This document shows, piece after piece, positions 1 to 9,189 of a stretch of DNA of 64,000 nucleotides; the stretch's first letter is position 1; every line of letters begins with the position of its first letter. The position numbers and the translations under genes were made by a program. The DNA lies in contig CDROCS010004142.1 of the NCBI GenBank assembly GCA_977020255.1, positions 1-64,000 of the forward strand, written 5' to 3'. The stretch comes from Obrimoposthia wandeli (lineage: Eukaryota). The notes beneath the pieces were generated by a model. It searched no databases, had not been told where the DNA came from, and saw only the letters and a program-made list of their open reading frames with translations.

Positions 1-110
1 GATAAGACATAAGACATAAGACATAAGACATAAGACGCAAGACATAAGACGCGCGGGAGCATAAGACATAAGACATAAGACATAAGACATAAGACATAAG
101 ACATAAGACC
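1..110 (+). repeat. Heptamer tandem repeat (AAGACAT)n, interrupted
   Basis: About 12 copies of AAGACAT with two short interruptions, directly upstream of repeat element copy 1. Confidence 0.95.
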
Positions 111-117
111 GCCGGGA

Positions 118-388
118 AAAGGTCAAAGGCTTTCACCTGCGGCGACAGACTTTCTTTTGACGACCAAAATGAAAGTAAGCAAAGCAAAAGGTCGCCCACT
201 ATTGCCGAAAGACTCCTCCGCTTTGAGCGATATTATTGGCCGCTCATCAGCGCCATCCATGGCGCATTCGCTCTACGCAACATCCTGTTGCTACGCTTCA
301 ATAATCTAACTCAAAGCTACGGCGGCAATACAAGGTGTTATATCGCTTCGTAGGGAGAATTTGGTGAAGCCAGTGTTATTGTGCTGTT
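118..388 (+). repeat. Dispersed non-coding repeat element, short form (copy 1)
   Basis: Blocks aaaggtcaaaggctttcacctgcggcgacagactttcttttgacgaccaaa, aaaaggtcgcccactat, tcctccgctttga.cgatattattggccgctcatcagcgccatc and ggcggcaatacaaggtgttat recur in the same order at 1567-2281. Confidence 0.9.
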
Positions 389-550
389 TTTTTTGTGGTA
401 TGCAAGAGAATAAGACTAAAAACAATCATTTTTATAGTGATAAAAAGTGGTTGTCCTTTTTGATGCTTTTATTTTGAAGCCACAGAAACATTGACAATGG
501 TATGTTCCAAATGGCCACCTATCTATAAATACCTACCTTTGGAGGTCATC

Positions 551-808
551 ATGCATGTGTCCCTGACTAACGAGCTAGAGCCTCGTGTTAAAGCCAAAGT
601 CGAAAGCGGCTTATACAACAATGCCAGCGAAGTGATTCGCGAAGCACTACGCTTTATGGATACACATGAAGATTGGATCCACGAAGTGAAATTGGCTCGT
701 TTACGCGAGCAACTTAAAGTAGGCACTGACCAGATAGATCGTGGTAAAGGTATTACCATCGAATCAAAATCTGCTTTAGATTCACTGTTCGATGATATTA
801 AAGCGTAA
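551..808 (+). CDS. parD: ParD-family antitoxin (ribbon-helix-helix, CC2985-like)
   Basis: MHVSLT..LE..V..KVESG.YNNASEVIREALR signature; GGAGG RBS at 541-545 before ATG 551. Confidence 0.9.
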   Translation: MHVSLTNELEPRVKAKVESGLYNNASEVIREALRFMDTHEDWIHEVKLARLREQLKVGTDQIDRGKGITIESKSALDSLFDDIKA

Positions 809-813
809 GCCGC

Positions 814-1113
814 GTGCCAGCATACAAGCTCGTTATTGCCCCCGCCGTCAAAATAGACTTAAAAGACATCTATCAATATGGGCTGCGCCAATGGGTGAAA
901 GCTCAATCTGAAAGCTACCTTGATAATATAAAAAAACAGCTATTGGCTCTCACCGTTCAGCCCTTGATAGGCGTTGATCGCTCTGAGCTCCTATTAGGCA
1001 CCAGAAGCTTACCTATTGAAAACCATACCCTGTTTTACCGAGTTACGGTTAATAGAGTAGAAATTATCCGCGTACTACATAGCCGCCAAGATCCTCAGCG
1101 GCACTTAATATAG
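814..1113 (+). CDS. parE: ParE-family toxin
   Basis: A..DLKDIYQYGLRQW...Q...Y and H.LFYRV....VEIIRVLH.RQD motifs; directly follows parD. Confidence 0.9.
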   Translation: MPAYKLVIAPAVKIDLKDIYQYGLRQWVKAQSESYLDNIKKQLLALTVQPLIGVDRSELLLGTRSLPIENHTLFYRVTVNRVEIIRVLHSRQDPQRHLI

Positions 1114-1420
1114 CTCAACACAACCGATCTCTAAAAAACACATGATTATCCCGAATGTTGCATTGTATGCCTATCTGGTCTGCTAATTATTGCACTAGGT
1201 TTTGCATATAAAAGGCTCTATGAATTTCAAAAGAGCAGTAAGATTAAATTTTCAATCCCTTTTGCTGCGACACGCTCTTTATTGCCGATATTCGTTGGTA
1301 CTTATCTGTTAGTTGAATTAGCGCCACAATATCTTCACTATCTTCAATAACGGTGATTTATGCATCTCGATGCTTCTAATGGGTGGCTAGGGATGATCCA
1401 TTAATTTGAATGATATAACA

Positions 1421-1478
1421 ACGATAGAAAGCAGTAATGATTCGTATATAAATCAATTTACACTGAACCTGTTGATTC
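1421..1478 (+). repeat. Degenerate copy of the RAYT 3' end plus REP-like motif
   Basis: acgatagaaagcagtaatgat is also found at 3818-3838; it is followed by aaatcaatttacactgaacctgttgatt, a variant of the motif at 3850. Confidence 0.8.
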
Positions 1479-1560
1479 GAACATAGAACATAGAACATAG
1501 AACATAGAGCATAGAGCATAGAGCATAGAGCATAGAGCATAGAGCATAGAGCATAGAACA
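1479..1560 (+). repeat. Heptamer tandem repeat (GAACATA)4(GAGCATA)7
   Basis: Counted directly; abuts repeat element copy 2. Confidence 0.97.
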
Positions 1561-1566
1561 AAGGTC

Positions 1567-2281
1567 AAAGGTCAAAGGCTTTCACCTGCGGCGACAGACT
1601 TTCTTTTGACGACCAAAGCTTCCGCGTTGCTTACAGGGATGTAAGTACTTAGAAACTGTCTGGAACAAGTTTCAGCTAAGCTCACGCCCCTTACCGACAT
1701 CCATGTAGGCAAAATGAAAGTATGCAAAGCCGCTCTTTGTTATTGCTTACAAGGATGTAAGTACTTAGAAATTGTCGGGAACAAATTTCTGCCATGGCAC
1801 CGCTAATACCGTACATCCTTTACATACACACTCATTGGCATTCTTGCCATCGTGCTATACCGTACATCCTGTACATAAAAAGGTCGCCCACTATAGCCTT
1901 CGCAGTTCATTCACATCCATGTGACCACTGCATTTGTAAATCCGTTTACATCAGTTCCTCCGCTTTGAACGATATTATTGGCCGCTCATCAGCGCCATCT
2001 CGATAAGTGCTCCATGCTTTATTCTACCTCCTGCATCCATGCAGGCGCATTCGCTCTTCGCTACATTGCCTACATGGATGTAAGTGTAGGTATAAGATAC
2101 TTAGATTTTTCCGGGAGCATACGCTCTTTGCCATCCATGGCACCGCTAATACCGCACATCCTGTACATAAAATCTGCCTGTTGCTCCGCTTCAATAATCT
2201 CAGCCAAAGCTCTGGCGGCAATACAAGGTGTTATGTCGCTTCGTAGCGAGAGCTTGGTGGCGTTAGTGTTATTACGCTGTT
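1567..2281 (+). repeat. Dispersed repeat element, expanded form (copy 2) with internal CATCC/GGATG inserts
   Basis: Same blocks as 118-388 separated by five inserted segments of about 40-150 bp containing ggatgtaagtacttaga, catccatg or gtacatcctgtacat. Confidence 0.88.
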
Positions 2282-2549
2282 GTCCTTTTTAGTGTTTTGA
2301 TGATTATATCGGCCGGTTTTTTAGCAGCTCATGAATCGTGGCTGTAGGGGAGGTCAAACTATGTCGCAAATTTATACACTAGACGTAAATAACCAACTAG
2401 GATTAAATATTTAGTAGTTAGTAAACTGTTTTAAATCATACGGCTAAGAAGCGTTTATGTTGTTGGTTTTACTTTTTAGGCTGATAAAAAGAGAGCGCTT
2501 ATTTGTCTATGTTGCTTAATGTGGCCTGTTACAAAGTAAAGGGATATTC

Positions 2550-3373
2550 GTGTTTGAGATAGGCAAAGAATATAAACGAAGTTCAGATATCCATGATCAG
2601 TTTGGTGGTCAGAGGCAAAGTGGAATATCGACTCCAAAAAGATCACCTGTAATATTTATATTTACTTCTGATGCGGGTGAACAGCACGGCTACAAAGATG
2701 AATATAGGGATAATGGTGTTTTTTGGTACACCGGTGCGGGGCAGATTGGCGATATGACAATGTCAGCTGGCAATAAAGCCATACTCAATCATTCTGATAA
2801 CAATAAAGTTGTTTATGTTTTTGAGTACACCAGAAAAGCTTATGTTCGCTATGTAGGTTTGGCCGAATGTTTGGGGTATCACGAAGAAACTCGACCAGAT
2901 AGGAACGGTGATCAAAGAAAGGCATTTGTATTCCATCTCTATATCAATTCTATGCTAAAAGTAATCAGATCTGAGCCGACACCAACATATGGGGTGTCAG
3001 ATACTAAGAGTTTAAAGAAGAAGAGTCTTACAGAATTACGTGAAGCCACTTTGAATTTCGCCTCAGTAAACTCCAGTGCTAAAGTAAAACAAGCAATTGT
3101 ATATTATCGGTCCCAGGCATTAAAACAGTACGTAACTGTTCGCGCCAAAGGTGTCTGCGAAGCTTGCGGAAATCATGCTCCCTTTCAAACGAAAAGTAGG
3201 ACCATACCTTGAGTGTACCACTTACACGAGCTTGCTGACGGCGGACCTGACCATCCCTCAAAATATATGGTTGCATTTGTGCTTAAAATTGTCACCGACA
3301 TGCACATTATGCGATCGACGCTACTGGATTTAACAATCGCCTGAAAGAGTTGGTTACAAATCTAGAGCTGTAA
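2550..3373 (+). pseudogene. SRA-like/HNH restriction endonuclease (modification-dependent type), frameshifted
   Basis: N-terminal GGQRQSGIS...IFIFT...GY.D....G.FWYTGAGQIGDM (SRA/PUA-like); C-terminal C..C...APF...PYLEC..H..LADGG.D HNH pieces spread over several frames after about 3190. Confidence 0.75.
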
Positions 3374-3398
3374 TACGCATAGATACATGTGATTTGAT

Positions 3399-3422
3399 AT
3401 CAATGAGTCAGAGTAAATTGAT
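3399..3422 (-). repeat. REP-like motif copy (reverse orientation)
   Basis: Reverse complement reads atcaatttactctgactcattgat. Confidence 0.85.
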
Positions 3423-3557
3423 ATGACCTTGTTGATCTCTCTCTATATAAACAATGCAGCAATAGTAAAGAATAAATGGGGTCAAATGAAGTGATATTGC
3501 ATTCTGGTGTTTTTTTGATCAATATGACATATCCTTGGTCAAGTTTTCAACATAATG

Positions 3558-3835
3558 GCCTTGGTAAGAAGATTGCACTAATCACAAACCACCCTGTGTA
3601 TAAAGCATTAGCGTCAAAAAGAAAAGAACGGCTACAAGCTTATATTTAATTGTTCGATCAGCAGTTAGCGGTACATACTATCCGAGAAATTAGAGATATG
3701 ACTAACAAGTCTTGGGTGTTAGGCGATGCAGGTTTTAAGCAGCAAATAGAAGAACAAACTACGAGGCGTTGCAGTCCATATCAGCGTGGCGGCGATCATA
3801 AATCGAATAAATATAAAGACGATAGAAAGCAGTAA
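3558..3835 (+). pseudogene. C-terminal remnant of a REP-associated tyrosine transposase (RAYT, IS200/Y1 superfamily)
   Basis: ALGK...LIT.HP.Y.AL...ER..AY then IR..TNKSWVLG...FKQQIE..T.RR..P..RGGD.KS, the typical C-terminus of gammaproteobacterial RAYT-like proteins; N-terminal HUH domain not found. Confidence 0.7.
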
Positions 3836-3849
3836 TGATCAGTATAGAT

Positions 3850-3874
3850 ATCAATTTACTCTGACCCTATTGAT
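3850..3874 (+). repeat. REP-like motif ATCAATTTACTCTGACCCTATTGAT
   Basis: Imperfect palindrome (ATCAAT/ATTGAT arms) just after the RAYT remnant stop codon. Confidence 0.9.
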
Positions 3875-3887
3875 TCCAAGAAAAGTG

Positions 3888-3993
3888 AGTGAGCCGACAC
3901 TTTTTTTACTTGAAAGCCCCGTAATATATAGGTTTAGCTACGGCTCACTTTTGTTTACAGTAAATAAAAGTGAGCCGTGCAAAAGTGAGCCGT
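3888..3993. promoter_or_regulatory. Cluster of AAAAGTGAGCCGT direct and inverted repeats (putative recombinase or protein binding sites)
   Basis: Copies at 3888-3896 (partial), 3940-3952 (inverted), 3966-3978 and 3981-3993. Confidence 0.6.
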
Positions 3994-4286
3994 TATTTTT
4001 ATACTTACTATAATAGACTGTTGGCACATAAGGCAGTTAACGGCCAAAAGCGGCAATATTGTAAGTGTTAATAATTTTTAAAAATCTAACATAAACGCGC
4101 ATTAATTTTATCATTATCATACATTGATTATAAAAATAGTGTTAATTAGGCATGAGACTAATATCGTGCGCGTTTACACTTGTAAAATTATAGAAACTAC
4201 CTCAATATCAATAATATAAGTATGAACAAAAATAAATAACGAGAAACTCGTTATTTTTACAAACGCGCATGCGTTCTGGAGAGTTA

Positions 4287-4715
4287 ATGGAAGATTCATA
4301 TAATTGGGAAATGATCTTGGGTATTTCAAGTTTTGTTATTGCTTTATGTGCCCTTTTCTTTTCTTTTTGGCAAGGACTGTTAATCAGAAAGCATAATAAG
4401 ATTTCATTTAGGCCGCTTCTAACCACTTGGCTCCACGAAGGAAAGAGTAATGGAAACTTTCAACTAGACTTAATAAATAATGGTCTTGGTCCTGCCATGA
4501 TAGAAAGTTATGAGGTTTTCCTAGATAATCAAATAATATCCGGAAAAGGTCTCGAACCGATGGATAAGCTAGTTAAAATATTGTTTGAAGGTTACAGGTA
4601 TCAACCTAATGTTGCCTATTTATCGTCCGGATATTCAATGTCTTCAAAAGAAAAGTGTGCTCTCATTTCTATTCAATTTAATGAAAGGCATGGCCTTCAG
4701 AGAACAATGGAGTGA
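4287..4715 (+). CDS. Hypothetical protein with N-terminal membrane anchor, cassette-like; C-terminus possibly truncated
   Basis: ILGISSFVIALCALFFSFWQG transmembrane segment followed by basic residues; ATG directly after GTTA. Confidence 0.65.
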   Translation: MEDSYNWEMILGISSFVIALCALFFSFWQGLLIRKHNKISFRPLLTTWLHEGKSNGNFQLDLINNGLGPAMIESYEVFLDNQIISGKGLEPMDKLVKILFEGYRYQPNVAYLSSGYSMSSKEKCALISIQFNERHGLQRTME

Positions 4716-4851
4716 TTAACGCGTAGACGCCGAATAAAGATATAAAGTCATTTTTACGAGAAATTCTCTATGGATTCTGCGATTAATTGTGTACAAGAAA
4801 ATTCAGTTAGCACAGAAGCTTGTAGCGTTAGGCAGCTGGAGTAGTCAGAAA

Positions 4852-5686
4852 ATGAAATCTCAAATACTTAGAAAGTTTGAGTCAAAGCTTGAAGATATGA
4901 ACGACCAACTATGTTATTTTTTGTTTTCAGATGTTGAAGTTAAAAATATATTTTCTGCACTAGAACAAGATGTTTCAGGCTCGTTTACAACAGAAGCATT
5001 CTCTGAAAACAAGTTTTCAGAGCGTCTTCATATCAAAATTGAAGCGTTGCCTAAATTCCGTGATAAAAGCATTCACTCTGAGCATGAGTGTTGTAAATCG
5101 ATCGAATTTGTGCAGCTATTTAAAGGGTATTGAAGAATTTCGAGCAAATATAATACCTTCGACCCATGACCAAATAAATGATAAAAAACCGGAAGAACAG
5201 TTAAAACTTAAATTGACTAACTGGCTGGGTAAAGAGCCTGAAGTTGAAATTATTAAAACAATTAAATACTTAAGGTTACGACGAAACCACATAGCGCATG
5301 TTCGAGAAGAGTTGAGTGATGGGTACCGTTCAATGATTAAGCATGATTCACATCATTTAAATAATTATTGGGAAAAACAAGCAGCAAAATTAAATGGATT
5401 CGACTTTACCAAAAATAGTTACGCAGAATTTGAAGTTAATGAAGTATTTGCATTAATTAATTTAGCGAGAATTTGCATGCGAGAGGTTGATTCATCAGTT
5501 TTATCAAGTATACCCGAAGAAATAATCGCTAGTTATGAACTTCCATTTTTTCTTAGAAGTAAAAAGCTTAATGGCTTAAAAATAAATGTAAAATCACGCA
5601 AGTTTAATGCTTTTTTACAAGGTAAATACGGAAGCAAAATATCATGCGCTGACACTTTAATCAGAGCTCATTTTGAAAAGACCTAA
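4852..5686 (+). pseudogene. Integron-type cassette gene with HEPN-like RNxxxH motif, one frameshift
   Basis: GTTAGGC at 4827, GGAG RBS, ATG 4852; the frames join if one A is removed near 5065-5068; LRLRRNHIAH motif; stop codon lies inside the attC inverse core CCTAAC. Confidence 0.7.
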
Positions 5687-5766
5687 CAGGTTACTCAAAT
5701 GGTCTCTAAGCGCTTGACTAAGATTCACTTTATCCAACTATATCGCGCTGCTTAGTAGCGTTAGGC
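5681..5766 (+). mobile_element. attC recombination site (86 bp)
   Basis: ACCTAAC inverse core containing the gene stop, inner gcgctgcttag arm, and core site GTTAGGC followed by RBS and start of the next ORF. Confidence 0.8.
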
Positions 5767-5780
5767 AATAAGGAGCTACA

Positions 5781-6457
5781 TTGTTTTTACCTCTATCGGC
5801 ATGGATCAAAGCAACACACCCGTTACCTAAAAGGTTCTTGCTACAAAACTATACTGACCAGTTTAACGAGAGCTGGCTATGCTGGGTCGTACTGGAAGAA
5901 GTGTCTGAATTGTATGAAGTAAATAAACTGACGTGGGTTTCTCTAAGCGCATCAAGAAAAAAACTAAAGAATATATTTCGAAAGCCGGAGCTGTAGTTGG
6001 TGAAATTGATGATGATGGATGGCTAGATAAAGAGGAGGGATTCTGGATTAAAGAGGAATTGGGGAACCCTCCTCACCCATGTTTACCGATCTATATCATT
6101 ACAGTAGGTAGTGGTGATAATGAACGCGTTGTTTATATTGGAAAAACAAAAAGCGCATCTAGGTTTACTGGAGGTCATTCGGCTGCTTTAAAACTACATG
6201 CTCCGGAATATAAAGGTCTAGAAAAATCAATTTATAGGTGTTCAGTCTGGTTGGATATTGAAGATGAATATGTTGCTATTGATTGGATAGAACCAGAAAC
6301 TCTAGCCCTAGATATTTTCGACTGTGTAGAGTCTCAATTAATTTATGACTTGCAACCAGAGCTTAACGTTGAAAAGCGGGCAAAGGTGAGTGGCAAACAT
6401 CTTCTTGATAGGATACATATTTCAAAGGCGCTCGCCATCTGCAAACTAAAATCCTAA
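5781..6457 (+). pseudogene. Cassette gene encoding a GIY-YIG-like nuclease, frameshifted
   Basis: AAGGAG RBS, TTG 5781, frameshift near 5935; PIYIIT...VVYIGKT....RF..GH and downstream ESQLI fit GIY-YIG motifs. Confidence 0.6.
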
Positions 6458-6524
6458 ATGATCACTTTATTTTTGCAGAACAAGAACTTTAATCGATAAA
6501 AAACAGTAGCTATTTCGCTCCGCC

Positions 6525-6566
6525 ACATAATCATAGTCGCCAGTTTTGCCGCTTAAATGAGCTTTA
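6525..6566 (+). mobile_element. Degenerate, internally deleted attC
   Basis: acataa...gccgcttaaatgagcttta resembles attC arms; the core GTT is mutated. Confidence 0.35.
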
Positions 6567-7071
6567 TTCTTCCCTATAAATGTCTACTTTTCACCAAAGA
6601 GAGGTTTCTATTGCATGACCATCCCCTAAAGCTCATGAATGATGAACCACGGGTGTCGTAAACTCGCGATTTCCGTGAATTTTCGGGTTTATGGCTAGCC
6701 ACCGCCACCGGTAAAGATCCAACCCTTTGTATTTACAAGTAATATAGTACTGGTTACAGTGGCTATTCATATAACCGGATAATGCAAAACAGTAGCCAGT
6801 GGCAATCATGGCCATTATCAGCTCCAGTCAGAAAATAATACCATATTGAATGGGATAAATATTTGAGTATAGAGTTCTAAACAATACTTATTAGGCTTTA
6901 TCTAGTAGGTGTAATCATAAAAAGTCTTATGGTTAGCACTCCAGACCATTCAAAGGCCCTCTAATATGAGACGCTTGGGCTCTTTGTGTAACTACTAGAC
7001 ATTTATTTTTAGTTAATTTTTGAGCGCTGGATTCTAGTTTTTTGGCAAATAGTTTTACAGTATTTCTTTAA

Positions 7072-7095
7072 ATCAATTTACTCTGACCCTATTGA
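7072..7095 (+). repeat. REP-like motif copy
   Basis: atcaatttactctgaccctattga, identical to 3850-3873. Confidence 0.92.
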
Positions 7096-7125
7096 ATTCA
7101 AAATCAATCTGCCTTCGTCTTATCT

Positions 7126-7184
7126 GCCTAATAAAAGTTATTTAGCTAAGCACCGCGCTTTAGGTGTTTTTAAATAGGTTATAC
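7126..7184 (-). mobile_element. Degenerate attC (59 bp) on the minus strand
   Basis: Minus strand GTATAAC...taaagcgcggtgcttagct...ATTAGGC just after the stop codon; a GTTAGGT core lies 6 nt upstream of this gene's ATG (7999-8005). Confidence 0.5.
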
Positions 7185-7191
7185 ATTCTCA

Positions 7192-7992
7192 CTATAGCTG
7201 CTTTATAATATCAGGGTTAGCAATCCTCTTAATCACAGCGCCCGAAGGTATCTCTAAGATAACTGACTCTTTACCATTGTAAAAAGCTACTCGTTTATCG
7301 TTTAGTGCAACTAAGACGCCCTTATGCAGTAGGTTGCCTTTAGAATCGTTTAGTTGCGAGCAGTTGCTCCACAAAGCATCTTCCTTGTATAAACATTCTC
7401 CATTTTCTCTATAACTAGCTATTGCATTATTTGCTTGAATTAAACCTTGAGACGCGCCTAGTATATAAACAGAAAACCAGATAATCATGAATATAAAAGG
7501 CACTGTAACTAGAAGGTACATTGTAGAAAAGGTCATTACCAAAAGGCCTATTAATCTTTTAATGTTTTTATGAAGCGAGGAGAAATAGCTCTGTATCCGA
7601 CTAGAAGTAGGTAGTTCACTCTTAAGCTTTGCTAAAAATTCTTTATCGTTAAGCAGTATAGAAATACAGATAGCCAAAGAAATCATAAATAATGTTACTA
7701 AAGCAGTAGCCGTAGTATTTGTGAATATAGTTTTGCTCTCATTCCAGATAGCAAGGAAGTTATAAGTAATAGCATTTGAAGCGCTTATGTAAGTGTCTTG
7801 TATGCTTAATGGGAAAGCGCTTGACTCAACACCAAATGCGCTGAGATATGCGCCATGGAAGCTGTTGCCTATTAAGTAGCTGACGAATGGGAATGATGCT
7901 AATAATATAATGATGGCAGCTTTAAAATTGATTCTACTGCCGGTTGGCTTTTCTTCTACTTCAGTTTCAATTTGTTGAACTTGCTCGCTCAT
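7192..7992 (-). CDS. Hypothetical multi-pass membrane protein (probable integron cassette gene)
   Basis: 266-aa intact ORF with 3-4 hydrophobic segments; bounded by GTTAGGT and a degenerate attC. Confidence 0.75.
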   Translation of the reverse strand: MSEQVQQIETEVEEKPTGSRINFKAAIIILLASFPFVSYLIGNSFHGAYLSAFGVESSAFPLSIQDTYISASNAITYNFLAIWNESKTIFTNTTATALVTLFMISLAICISILLNDKEFLAKLKSELPTSSRIQSYFSSLHKNIKRLIGLLVMTFSTMYLLVTVPFIFMIIWFSVYILGASQGLIQANNAIASYRENGECLYKEDALWSNCSQLNDSKGNLLHKGVLVALNDKRVAFYNGKESVILEIPSGAVIKRIANPDIIKQL

Positions 7993-8123
7993 GTCTTTAC
8001 CTAACTAATGGAAATAAAATGCTCTTTTAAATCATATTGCCAAATAAAGCAATGGATCTTGTGAGAGGCAGAAGCGTCTATATAGTCAATCTCGTATCGA
8101 AATGGAATATCGTCTGGAATCAA

Positions 8124-8163
8124 AAATCAATTTACTCTGACCCCCGAATGGCCCTATTGATTT
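8124..8163 (+). repeat. REP-like motif copy with short internal insertion
   Basis: aaatcaatttactctgacccccgaatggccctattgatt. Confidence 0.88.
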
Positions 8164-8252
8164 TCATTAATGGACAGTGATCATTAGTTTTCAAATGCCG
8201 CTGGCTACTGACTCCATTGATTCTATTAGCCACTACATTTAGTGGCTTACTC

Positions 8253-8687
8253 TTATGTTGATCTTCGATGGCTTAAGCTGGCGGCGAGGTATGCGGCTTC
8301 TTGGTATTTTTTGAGCTTAGCAGGGCGTGAAAAAGGCTGCTTTTTATCAGCAGCTGCAATGGCTTGCCCAGTGATTAACTCAACCTCAACTATAGCGTTT
8401 AATTGAATGATTGCCTCCATTTTAAAAGAGATAGCACCACCTGCCATCGTGCCTTTTTTTGCACGCTTTTTAACCACTAGTTTTTCGATATTATGGCTTT
8501 GAATAAAGGTGGTGATAGCCTTGTGAAAATCGTTTATGCAAGCGACAGACTCATCATCTTCAAGCTCGATTTTGCGCTGCGCCAGTTCAATAAACTCTGC
8601 ATTATTACCCTCACCGTTATTATGGCAATCCAATAACACGAGAACTGCATGGGATGATTTGAGTTCAATGCCGCAAATACGTTTCAT
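8253..8687 (-). CDS. DUF3010 family protein
   Basis: M.RICGIELKS...KKRAKKG.MAGGA.SFKMEA.IQL motifs. Confidence 0.8.
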   Translation of the reverse strand: MKRICGIELKSSHAVLVLLDCHNNGEGNNAEFIELAQRKIELEDDESVACINDFHKAITTFIQSHNIEKLVVKKRAKKGTMAGGAISFKMEAIIQLNAIVEVELITGQAIAAADKKQPFSRPAKLKKYQEAAYLAASLSHRRST

Positions 8688-8716
8688 ATTTTTATCCTAA
8701 GCCTGTGAGGCAGTAG

Positions 8717-8938
8717 TTAGTTTTGATCAGTGTTTTTATGGAGCACCATGGCTTGATCGAAATTCTCGGTAATATCAGCCATTGTTTTGCGGTGCACAGG
8801 GCAATCCTTTTCTGTGTTGTGTATCCCGCGCCAGTTACCGCCAACTGGCTTTAAAGCTATTAAATATCCACTGTCTTCCTTTTCGGCGGCACTCATTCTG
8901 CGCTCTGCTATTTTAGTCACACAGCTTTCATAATGCAC
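8717..8938 (-). CDS. Small hypothetical protein
   Basis: 73-aa ORF upstream of and co-oriented with DUF3010; no family recognised. Confidence 0.35.
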   Translation of the reverse strand: MHYESCVTKIAERRMSAAEKEDSGYLIALKPVGGNWRGIHNTEKDCPVHRKTMADITENFDQAMVLHKNTDQN

Positions 8939-9189
8939 TAATATTTACAATCACTTAGCGTTAGAGTCTCAGCCCTCAGGTCTCATCTCTCAACTTACTA
9001 CAAAGCAACTTTGAAAATTCGAAACTTATAGCTCAAATATTATTCATCGAATACTAGGATTCTGATAGATAGATCCAAAAAACATTTTATATTAGTAATT
9101 GTTAATATAACTTGGCTTATAGAGTAATTAGGCTACAGTAATTAAGAGTAAAATATAAATTAACTCTGATATAACACAAAGAGGCAAGT

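Noticed and set aside
1140-1350. Fragmentary small membrane-protein reading frame after parE
   Set aside because: Broken across frames with no clear start; too weak to annotate.
1376-1561. ORF with MLYALCS repeats
   Set aside because: Translation of the heptamer tract; not a credible gene.
1794-2292. Four short overlapping ORFs
   Set aside because: They lie within the non-coding repeat element, with no RBS or family motif.
2440-2530. Possible degenerate attC upstream of the SRA-HNH gene
   Set aside because: Only a vague gcttaa...gtta resemblance, with no pairing inverse core.
3880-4260. Integron integrase gene
   Set aside because: No tyrosine-recombinase motifs in any frame here or elsewhere in the window.
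6600-6830. GC-richer patch and 60-aa minus-strand ORF
   Set aside because: Probably a gene remnant, but I cannot assign it.
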